A DNA stretch of 64,000 nt from an uncultured Anaerolineales bacterium (lineage in GTDB: Bacteria > Chloroflexota > Anaerolineae > B4-G1): contig CAZYSK010000024.1 in NCBI GenBank assembly GCA_964649415.1, positions 4,711 to 68,710 of the forward strand, written 5' to 3'. Below are positions 42,119 to 50,105 of the stretch, one piece after another. Both the position numbers and the translations under genes were made by a program. How positions within the stretch are numbered: position 1 is the first letter of the stretch; each line of letters starts with the position of its first letter. The notes beneath the pieces are model-generated. The model ran no database searches, was not told the origin of the DNA, and worked only from the letters and a program-made list of their open reading frames with translations.

Positions 42119-43303
42119 GTGACAGATATGCAGGAGAGGCGCAAGCCCAAGGACCGGGACTTCCTCCGTACCCGCGAGGGCATGTTCTTCTGTGTGACCG
42201 GTTATCTGCACCCGCCGGATCGGTATACCGCCTATCTCAAGTATTCGCCTGCTGCGTCGGGGAAGTGGCACAATGCGGAGACGGCCTACCAGCGGGAACT
42301 GCCTTACTACCACGTCCGCAGTGTGGAGGATACAATCCAGCATCTGGAGGCGCATTACCCCTGGTACGTCGCGGATTGCCCCGTCCGGAATATCCGCTTC
42401 TCAATGGTGCCCCGGGAATACGTCGCCCGCTACTACGATCCACAGGAGCGGTTGAGGGAGATACTGGCGCATCCTGGCGACTCGCTGGAGGAGGAGGTGT
42501 GTGGTCTGGCGACCGAGATCGCCGAGACCGCCGGCGTGCCCGTCGGCGATCTGGGTATCACGGGATCGATCCTGATCGGATTGCACAACCCGACCTTCTC
42601 GGATATTGATCTGGTGGTGTATGGGCGGCAGAGCGCCCGTCGGGTGCGCCGGGCCTTGGGCGCGGGGGACAACGAATCGGGAAAGGAACGAAGGGGGAGA
42701 GCAGCGCAGTCCGCTGCGCCGCGAATCCGCGAGTTGGGCGCGGCGTTCATCGAGCGCTGGAGCCGGGGAATCGCGGAGCGCTTTCCCTTGACGGTGAGTG
42801 AGGCGCAGTATCTCGCCCGCCGGCGTTGGAACTACGGCTGGTACGGGGAGCGGTATTTCTCGATCCACCCGATCCGCACGGATGACGAGATCACCGAGCA
42901 CTACGGAGATCACATCTACCGCGGCCAGGGAGCCGCACGAATCCGGGCCACCGTTGTCGGCACGAGCGACGCGCTGTTCATGCCCGCCGGGTACCTGCTG
43001 GCGGACGTGGAGGTCTTGGAAGGCCTTGCAGAGGCGGCGGATGTCCGGGAACTGGTCTCCTACGAGGGTCTCTATCGCGACGTGGCCGACGTGGGGCAGA
43101 GAATCGAGGCCAAGGGGAACGTGGAGCGAGTGGACGCGGACATTGCGGACATTGATAGCGCGTCCGTCCGTGCGTCCGCGGCAGACCCTAAAGGTTTCGG
43201 AAAACCTTTAGGGTCTGACATCAGGCTGGTGGTCGGCACGAGCGCCCTCAAGGGTGAGGGGTACATACGGCCGCTTCCCGCCGGGGATAGCGCGGACAAC
43301 TGA
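42119..43303 (+). CDS. Pol-beta-superfamily nucleotidyltransferase-like protein (paralog 2)
   Basis: 394 aa. LGITGSILIGLHNPTFSDIDLVVYG. Collinear with paralog 1 except for two extra segments, which coincide with the repeat elements at 42664-42720 and 43136-43216. Its stop overlaps the next ATG (TGATG). Confidence 0.6.
   Translation: MTDMQERRKPKDRDFLRTREGMFFCVTGYLHPPDRYTAYLKYSPAASGKWHNAETAYQRELPYYHVRSVEDTIQHLEAHYPWYVADCPVRNIRFSMVPREYVARYYDPQERLREILAHPGDSLEEEVCGLATEIAETAGVPVGDLGITGSILIGLHNPTFSDIDLVVYGRQSARRVRRALGAGDNESGKERRGRAAQSAAPRIRELGAAFIERWSRGIAERFPLTVSEAQYLARRRWNYGWYGERYFSIHPIRTDDEITEHYGDHIYRGQGAARIRATVVGTSDALFMPAGYLLADVEVLEGLAEAADVRELVSYEGLYRDVADVGQRIEAKGNVERVDADIADIDSASVRASAADPKGFGKPLGSDIRLVVGTSALKGEGYIRPLPAGDSADN
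42664..42720 (+). repeat. Composite repeat B copy 2 (B1 42664-42697 + B2 hairpin with flipped loop 42704-42719), in-frame
   Basis: B1 is 34/34 identical to 27559-27592. The hairpin is GCGCAG-TCCG-CTGCGC, against GCGCAG-CGGA-CTGCGC in copy 1. It is translated as GDNESGKERRGRAAQSAAP. Confidence 0.85.
43136..43216 (+). repeat. Double hairpin element in-frame in paralog 2: GCGGAC-repeat hairpin (43136-43179) + family F palindrome (43183-43216)
   Basis: GCGGACATTGCGGACATT...GCGTCCGTCCGTGCGTCCGC, then AGACCCTAAAGGTTT-CGGA-AAACCTTTAGGGTCT. It is translated as DADIADIDSASVRASAADPKGFGKPLGSD. Confidence 0.8.
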
Positions 43304-44670
43304 TGGCGGAAGCGGTCTTCCTGATATACGTCGCCACGGTCATGGTGATGGGCGTCAAGGCCAAAGCTAAGACGCTGGAGACGTTCATCCTGGGCGACGT
43401 GCTGGACACGAAGACGATGGTGGCCACAATCGTGTCCACGTTCTACGGCGCGTCTGCCATCCTTGGCGGGGTGAGCCTGACGTACCAGTTGGGGCTGGAC
43501 GTAATCTGGTTCATGGTGCCCTTCTATCTGGGCAACGTGGCCATCATCCTCTTGCTCAAGCGGATCGCTTCCTCAGAAAGGTGCACGCTGCCAGGCTTCC
43601 TGGGCGACTTCTACGGCAATGGGTTCGCTGTGGCAAGTTCGATGCTGTTGGTGACTCTGTGCCTCGTTCCGGAGGAGATCATCGCCGGGGGAAAGATCCT
43701 ATCCCTGTTCACGTCAATGCCCGTGGAGGCGGCGATGGGCGCTATGACCTTCGTGTTGGTGGTGCCTGTTGCCATCGGCGGGATGAAAGCAGACGTGATA
43801 ACGGATATCGCTCAGTTCGCCCTGATGTTGATCATGCTTGGCGTCATGGTGCTGTTCCTCGGCCATACGGGCCGCCTGGGCCTGCAGCCGGACCTGGACT
43901 CGGGTGTCCCGCCCGGGCATCTGACTCTCTGCTCGTCTCTATCGCTGCAGGAAATCGCCGTGTTCTTCGTCTCCTTCTTCTTCCTGCCGATCACCTCAGC
44001 ACCTCTGTACCTGCGCTTCTTTGCCTCGGAGTCAGAAGCGTGCTCCAGGAAATCGGTGCTGTCGTCTGTCGCGATATGGATGGTCGTAGACGCGATCATC
44101 GTGCTCTGCGGCTTCGCGGCCCTGCGGATGTTTCCGAACCTGGACGATCCAGATATGTCGTTCGTCCTGCTTGGGATGGCGATGCCCCCGGTGGGTCGGG
44201 GCGTGTTCACTATAGGGCTGCTGGCCGCGATCATGAGCACGGTGAACTCCTTTCTCCAGTCCGGGGCGTCAAGCCTGGCGCACGACGCATTCAGGCATTT
44301 CATGCCTGGAACCAGTGACCGGCGATTGCTCGCGCTGTCCAGGGTGTTCGTGATTGTGCTGGGCTTGCTGAGCCTGGCGCTGGCTCTGTGGTTCCAGATG
44401 ATCGTGCCGGCGCTGTTGTTCACGTTGAGTATGTGGACGGCCGGGGTGCTGGTTCCCACTCTGGCGGCTCTCAGCGGCGTGCGGTTGAGGAAGCGGTCGG
44501 CGTGGGCCAGTCTGGCGGCCGGGACACTATCCTGTCTGGCCTGGCAGATGGCGCAGCCGTTTCAGGTAGATGCGTTGTTCGTCGGCCTGGGATGCTCTGT
44601 GCTCGCCGCGCTTATCTCGGAAGTCCTGCCCGGTCGCGCTCAGGGGGCGCAGCGGACTGCGCCTTGGTAG
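43303..44670 (+). CDS. Sodium:solute symporter (SSS) family transporter
   Basis: 455 aa with about 12 TM segments. GGMKADVITDIAQF-type motif. The last 8 codons and the stop (GAQRTAPW*) are encoded by repeat unit 1 at 44644. Confidence 0.75.
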   Translation: MAEAVFLIYVATVMVMGVKAKAKTLETFILGDVLDTKTMVATIVSTFYGASAILGGVSLTYQLGLDVIWFMVPFYLGNVAIILLLKRIASSERCTLPGFLGDFYGNGFAVASSMLLVTLCLVPEEIIAGGKILSLFTSMPVEAAMGAMTFVLVVPVAIGGMKADVITDIAQFALMLIMLGVMVLFLGHTGRLGLQPDLDSGVPPGHLTLCSSLSLQEIAVFFVSFFFLPITSAPLYLRFFASESEACSRKSVLSSVAIWMVVDAIIVLCGFAALRMFPNLDDPDMSFVLLGMAMPPVGRGVFTIGLLAAIMSTVNSFLQSGASSLAHDAFRHFMPGTSDRRLLALSRVFVIVLGLLSLALALWFQMIVPALLFTLSMWTAGVLVPTLAALSGVRLRKRSAWASLAAGTLSCLAWQMAQPFQVDALFVGLGCSVLAALISEVLPGRAQGAQRTAPW

Positions 44671-44742
44671 AGGAGCGGGGCGCAGCGGACTGCGCCTTGG
44701 TAGAGGAGCGGGGCGCAGCGGACTGCGCCTTGGTAGAGGAGC
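44644..44742 (+). repeat. Three perfect tandem 33-nt units of hairpin module B2 (GGGGCGCAGCGGACTGCGCCTTGGTAGAGGAGC)
   Basis: Units at 44644-44676, 44677-44709 and 44710-44742, then a degenerate start of a fourth unit. Each has the GGCGCAG-CGGA-CTGCGCC hairpin followed by TTGGTAG. Confidence 0.9.
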
Positions 44743-44798
44743 GGGGTGAAGCGGTGAATCCGCGAGGAGAAAGGGTCGGGCCACGACTGGGCCTCAAT

Positions 44799-45611
44799 AT
44801 GCATCCCCGGTGGGTGGGGGGCGGCACGCCTGGCGCGTTTCTCTTTCCCCTGAGGGAACTGGGCCTGAGCGTCCTCGAGTTCGGCTTGAACCTCACGGCT
44901 CCCGATTGGCCGGAGATGGACGCCTTGATCAAAGCGTGCCATCAGTTGGGGTTCCTGCTGAGCTTTCACGCGCCTTTCAAAGGCCCGCACAACCCGGCCG
45001 GTTTCTCTGGCCCCAAGCGGGGGGAACTCGAATCGCTGTATGCGCCGGCCATGCGCTATGCCGCTGGATTTGCCGAGGAGATGGGGCCTGTCAGTCTCGT
45101 CGTTCACGGGGCTAAGGGGAATCGCCCGCGCGAGGCGCTGCGGCGGGACACCGCGGCTTTCCTGACGTGGATATCGCAGGAGTGGCCGGACGTTCGCCCC
45201 TCCCTCGAGCTCCTGTATCGGGATGAGAACGTGGTCAAGGTCGGGGACAACAAGCCGGAACTGGTTGAGCTCGTCTCCGGGCTGGGGCTGGCGCAGGTCG
45301 GTATCTGCTGGGATATGGGTCACGATGCGCGCAACGGTTCGAAACCCGTTCCGCCTGGATTTCTGGCGCGGGTGAGACATGTGCATGCCCACGACGTCTC
45401 TCCCGATGGGAAGGATCACTGTCCACTGGTTTTCGGCAACGTGCCCTACGCCCGCCATCTGCGTCGCCTGGGGCAGGTGGGCTATGGTGGGACGATCATT
45501 CTCGAGGTGAACGGTGTCCGCGTGTGTGACCTGGCGACAGGGCGGGGGAAGAAGCCTATCGAGATTCTGCAGGATAGCTTCGTGGAGTTGGCCCGGGTAA
45601 TCTCTGTGTGA
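44799..45611 (+). CDS. Sugar phosphate isomerase/epimerase (xylose-isomerase-like TIM barrel)
   Basis: 270 aa from ATG 44799. FHAPF, LELLY, ICWDMGHD, HVHAHD, IILEVNG metal-ligand pattern. The ORF-track start at 44388 would read through the repeats and overlap the symporter. Confidence 0.75.
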   Translation: MHPRWVGGGTPGAFLFPLRELGLSVLEFGLNLTAPDWPEMDALIKACHQLGFLLSFHAPFKGPHNPAGFSGPKRGELESLYAPAMRYAAGFAEEMGPVSLVVHGAKGNRPREALRRDTAAFLTWISQEWPDVRPSLELLYRDENVVKVGDNKPELVELVSGLGLAQVGICWDMGHDARNGSKPVPPGFLARVRHVHAHDVSPDGKDHCPLVFGNVPYARHLRRLGQVGYGGTIILEVNGVRVCDLATGRGKKPIEILQDSFVELARVISV

Positions 45612-45627
45612 TGATATAGCGAGCCAT

Positions 45628-45735
45628 CATCCCTACAAAGGCGCCGTTCTGACGGCGCACTAACATCCCTACAAAGGCGCCGTTCTGACGGCGCGCTAAC
45701 ATCCCTACAAAGGCGCCGTTCTGACGGCGCGCTAA
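45628..45735. repeat. Three tandem 36-nt units, family C (CATCCCTACAAAGGCGCCGTTCTGACGGCGCRCTAA)
   Basis: Units at 45628-45663, 45664-45699 and 45700-45735, between convergent genes. Hairpin GCGCCGT-TCTG-ACGGCGC with CTAC 3 nt upstream. The last unit supplies the stop codon (45732-45734) of the minus-strand lipoprotein gene. Confidence 0.9.
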
Positions 45736-46598
45736 TCGCCGCTCAGGCCGTCGATCTTGCGGGCCTGGCGCGTTGTCAGGTCGAGCAGGTAGATGCCCTC
45801 TGTGTTGTCCTGCACCGGGCAGGCCCATTTCATGGCCGTTACCAGTTCGGTGTTGCTTCGCCACCTACCTGGGGCTGTCAGATCGCCCGCTGTCGTGGGA
45901 TAGAAGGAAGCCGCCTCGTCATCTCTTGGCAATCCTGCGAAATCTGTCTGATGGTAGACGGCCGCTGTCCGCATAGTCGCGTCCAGTTCAACGACCGTGA
46001 GCCTGTATCCCACATGGCAGGCGTCGCCCCATAGTACACCGGCAAGCACGGCCACATAGCGACCATCGGGCGAGACGCGCGGAGCGTGTCCCGTGCCGAT
46101 CTGGTGTCTCTCTCCGGTCTCGACGTCGCGGATGCAGACATCCGCCTCTAGAGGGGGGATTGATATGATCCACAATGTGTCTTCCCTGTTCACGACTGGC
46201 TGTGAAGGATCGCGGTCACTGTACACGATATGGTCCCCATTGGGGAACCAAGCCAGGCTGGAGATCTCATCGATGACCAGGATCTTGTGCTGTTGGCCAT
46301 CCGCGTCCTGCACGATCAGGGTGCCGAGGTCTTGCACGACTGCTAGGCGCGAGTTGTCCGGAGACGGGAATGGCAGGGTGGTTGTCGTTGCAGGGGAGGC
46401 CGTTGCGGTTGTTGGCGGGAGGGACGGGGGCGGCGTGCGGATGGCCGCATGAGGGCTTTCTGTCCCAGGTGCTACCGGCGTCGGATCTGGGGCAGAGGTG
46501 GGGGAGACCGCTGGAGCACAACTGAGAAACGTGACAATCAGTGCTGTGACTGTCAACGAAAGCCATCCTTTGCTGCTACTGATGTTGATCACTCTCAT
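45732..46598 (-). CDS. Lipoprotein with TolB/PD40-like beta-propeller repeats
   Basis: 288 aa. Signal plus lipobox LIVTFLSC. Pro/Thr-rich linker. Repeats such as WFPNGDHIVYSD and VSPDGRYVAV. Confidence 0.65.
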   Translation of the reverse strand: MRVINISSSKGWLSLTVTALIVTFLSCAPAVSPTSAPDPTPVAPGTESPHAAIRTPPPSLPPTTATASPATTTTLPFPSPDNSRLAVVQDLGTLIVQDADGQQHKILVIDEISSLAWFPNGDHIVYSDRDPSQPVVNREDTLWIISIPPLEADVCIRDVETGERHQIGTGHAPRVSPDGRYVAVLAGVLWGDACHVGYRLTVVELDATMRTAAVYHQTDFAGLPRDDEAASFYPTTAGDLTAPGRWRSNTELVTAMKWACPVQDNTEGIYLLDLTTRQARKIDGLSGD

Positions 46599-46608
46599 CC
46601 TCGCTTTT

Positions 46609-46734
46609 GGGGGCGGCGCGTATGGAAACGCGCCCTACGTTGGCCGATGGTTCGGCGGGGGCGGCGTGTATGGAAACGCGCCCTACGTTGGCTGATGGTT
46701 CGGCGGGGGCGGCGCGTATGGAAACGCGCCCTAC
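46609..46734. repeat. Tandem 48-nt units x2.6, family D (GGGGGCGGCGCGTATGGAAACGCGCCCTACGTTGGCYGATGGTTCGGC)
   Basis: Units at 46609-46656 and 46657-46704, plus a partial unit at 46705-46734. Hairpin GGCGCGT-ATGGAA-ACGCGCC is followed directly by CTAC. The array fills the spacer between the FtsX permease stop and the lipoprotein start. Confidence 0.9.
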
Positions 46735-46749
46735 AGGGATTGGGGATCG

Positions 46750-49311
46750 TCACTCGTATTGCACCGCCCGCACGATGTTGACTTTCGTGGCCCGCCACGC
46801 CGGGTAGAGGGACGCGAGCTGGGAGATGCCCAGCGCGAGGACCGCGCCGACGACAAGCAGGCTCTTGGGCAGGACGAACTCCAGTTCCCAGCCTGAGCTC
46901 TGTGCCATTCCCTGCACGGCGAAGTAAGCCACGTACGTCCCAACCGCCACCCCGAACAGCCCACCGAGGATGCCGATGATCAAGGCCTCGGCCAGGACCA
47001 TCCTGACCACCTGCCAGCGGGTCATGCCGACTGCCCGTAAGATTCCGATCTCCCGGATACGCTCCAGGACGTTCATCGTCATCGTGTTGGTCACGCCCAG
47101 CGTACCGATGACAATGCCGATTCCGACGACGATGTCGAAGAAGGTCATCACCGACATGAACTCCTTCAGCCATCTCTCCCTGTAATCCTGTCCGGACGCC
47201 ACCTCGATGTGCCGGCGCTTGCCGTACTGGTCCTCCATCCGCTGCTGTACCTGGTCGACATCGGCCCCTGGCGCGACGTCCACAACGAAGATGTCGGCCT
47301 TGTCCGTCCTGAAGTAGCGCTGTAGATCTGGCCAAGAGCCTGTGACCGACTGGCCGCCCCACGTATAGTCCGCGATCACGCCGGCCACGGCGAAGTCCTG
47401 TTCTCCACGGGACGTGCGGAGACGGATGGCGTCGCCCTTTCCGAAGTCATACTTCTCGCTCATCAGAGTGGAGATGAACACCGCGTTCCCCTCCACCAGG
47501 CGCTCCACCATCGCCTGCCCATCGCCCTGACCTGAAGCGAACTCGAATTCGCTGATCTGGATGTACTCCAGGGGTTTGACGGCTACAAAGGCGACGTCGT
47601 CGTCCTGGGGGGTGAAGCCCTCGTGTGTCGTGGTCCCCGCCACCTTAGTGTGCTGGTAGCGCATAGGTGTGATCCCGACCACGCCCTCGATGGTCGCCAG
47701 TTCCTCCCGCAGGTCGAGCCGCATGGGTTGGTAGGAGTCTACGAACAGATCCCCCTGCATGGCCGTTTGCATCCAGGCTCTTACGTCAGACGTCATACTC
47801 GTTGATTGCGCACCGATCACGATGAGCATGAGCACGCTCATCGTCAGAGCGCCGGCCGTGACGGTGGTGCGGCCCAGAGCCCGGTTGACGTTGCTGCCCC
47901 CGATCCGCCCCTCGGTGCCGTAGAGGAGGGCGATGGCGGGCCGGGCGAGCCGCTCCAGCAGGCGGATGACGAGGGGGAGGAGCAGCGTGACACCGGCCAG
48001 GAGGACCAGGAAGGTCATCTGGTCAAAGCCCATCTGGGCGACGTCCTCGGGGATGGGAATGAACGACGTGGACTCGGCCAGGAGTATGAGCGCCAGCCCG
48101 ACCTTCCAGCCGTGCCGGATGAGCCAACCTGCCTTGTGCCCTGTGCCTCTGACGGTCAGGGCCTGGATGGGTGAGATACGGCCGGCGCGGATGGCAGGAA
48201 TGAGCGCGCCGCCTATTGTCACTGCCATTCCCACGGCCAGTCCGGCGATGAGGCCGCTGGGTGGCACGGAAAGGGTCCACTCGGTCAATCCAAAGGGCGC
48301 ACTGAGCATGCGCGTCATCGCCAGGGACAGCAGCAGCCCAAGGAGGATGCCGAGGAGAGAGCCTGCGAGCCCTAGAATGAGGGCCTCGGACAGAATGAGG
48401 CGGAAGTTCTGCCCCTTGGTGGCGCCGACTGCCCTGAGCATCCCGATCTCGCGCATGCGCTCCACGACTGTCATCGAGAACGTGTTGAAGATCAGGTACG
48501 CGCCCCCGAACAGGGCTGTGGCGGCGAAGAAGCTGAGCCCCAGGGATATGCCCTCCAGCGCTTCGGTGATGGTCTTGGCCCTGGCGGCGGGGTATAGGGC
48601 TTCGTAGGACGCGCCCACTTCATCCTGGAGCGCGGCCTTCAGCCGATCCAGTGTGCTGGTGGATTGGGCAATCTCTTCCTTGGCGATGATGTCGATGGTG
48701 TCAATCCTGTGTCGCCGTGCAAAGATGTCCTGGGAGTCCGTGAGGGGCATCACGATCTGCGCCCGCCGGGCCGGTCCCTCCTTAGCCATGATGCCCACGA
48801 CCAGGACCTGCTCCGGCCCCTGGGCCCCCAGGAGTGTCACGTTCTCGCCTACCTCGATACCATGCTCGGTGGATAGATCCTTCACGACGATGGCCGTGTA
48901 CTGCCGGGCGGCGGACAGAAAGCTGCCTTCGACCATATGGTATGGGCGCACGCGTGCATCTATCTCCGGGTCGACGCCGTAGACTGTGAGGGCGATCTCT
49001 CTGTCTCCGAGCAAGAGCATGGTTTCGTTGGCGGTGCTGGGCACGGCCAGCGCGACTCCCTCGACGGCTCGAACCTGCTCCAGGAGGCGCTCGTCGAACC
49101 CGTCCTCGGATATGGAGGCGGCCTGGACTGTGAGGTGGGCGGAACCTGCCACGTCGGCGAAGAGGGCTTCGAAGCCGGCGAGTATGCTCTGGTTCGCGAT
49201 GGATATGCTGACAATCGTGGCTACTCCCAATATAATGCCGGCGGCCGTCAGCAGGGTGCGGCTAGGCCTGGTCCAAACGTTTCGGAGAGCTAGCGCGGAC
49301 AGACGTTGCAT
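46750..49311 (-). CDS. ABC transporter permease with two FtsX domains (MacB/YbbP-like)
   Basis: 853 aa. Two FtsX-type 4-TM modules, each preceded by a large extracytoplasmic domain. It lies downstream of the ATPase gene. Confidence 0.85.
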   Translation of the reverse strand: MQRLSALALRNVWTRPSRTLLTAAGIILGVATIVSISIANQSILAGFEALFADVAGSAHLTVQAASISEDGFDERLLEQVRAVEGVALAVPSTANETMLLLGDREIALTVYGVDPEIDARVRPYHMVEGSFLSAARQYTAIVVKDLSTEHGIEVGENVTLLGAQGPEQVLVVGIMAKEGPARRAQIVMPLTDSQDIFARRHRIDTIDIIAKEEIAQSTSTLDRLKAALQDEVGASYEALYPAARAKTITEALEGISLGLSFFAATALFGGAYLIFNTFSMTVVERMREIGMLRAVGATKGQNFRLILSEALILGLAGSLLGILLGLLLSLAMTRMLSAPFGLTEWTLSVPPSGLIAGLAVGMAVTIGGALIPAIRAGRISPIQALTVRGTGHKAGWLIRHGWKVGLALILLAESTSFIPIPEDVAQMGFDQMTFLVLLAGVTLLLPLVIRLLERLARPAIALLYGTEGRIGGSNVNRALGRTTVTAGALTMSVLMLIVIGAQSTSMTSDVRAWMQTAMQGDLFVDSYQPMRLDLREELATIEGVVGITPMRYQHTKVAGTTTHEGFTPQDDDVAFVAVKPLEYIQISEFEFASGQGDGQAMVERLVEGNAVFISTLMSEKYDFGKGDAIRLRTSRGEQDFAVAGVIADYTWGGQSVTGSWPDLQRYFRTDKADIFVVDVAPGADVDQVQQRMEDQYGKRRHIEVASGQDYRERWLKEFMSVMTFFDIVVGIGIVIGTLGVTNTMTMNVLERIREIGILRAVGMTRWQVVRMVLAEALIIGILGGLFGVAVGTYVAYFAVQGMAQSSGWELEFVLPKSLLVVGAVLALGISQLASLYPAWRATKVNIVRAVQYE

Positions 49312-49335
49312 GATGGTCTCCTCTTCCCCGTCAGA

Positions 49336-50073
<738 letters not shown>

Positions 50074-50105
50074 CTGGAGCCTCCTTCGGAGGACCGCGAA
50101 CTGTG

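Noticed and set aside
44388-44798. N-terminal extension of the TIM-barrel gene (ORF-track start 44388), which would encode GAADCALVEER three times.
   Set aside because: The extension overlaps the symporter gene and consists of the translated 33-nt repeats. The isomerase-like similarity begins near ATG 44799.
44644-46734. The tandem repeat arrays at 44644, 45628 and 46609 as possible CRISPR arrays.
   Set aside because: The units abut one another with no unique spacers, there are only 2.6-3 copies, no cas genes are present, and the units recur singly inside genes. They are tandem hairpin repeats, not CRISPR.
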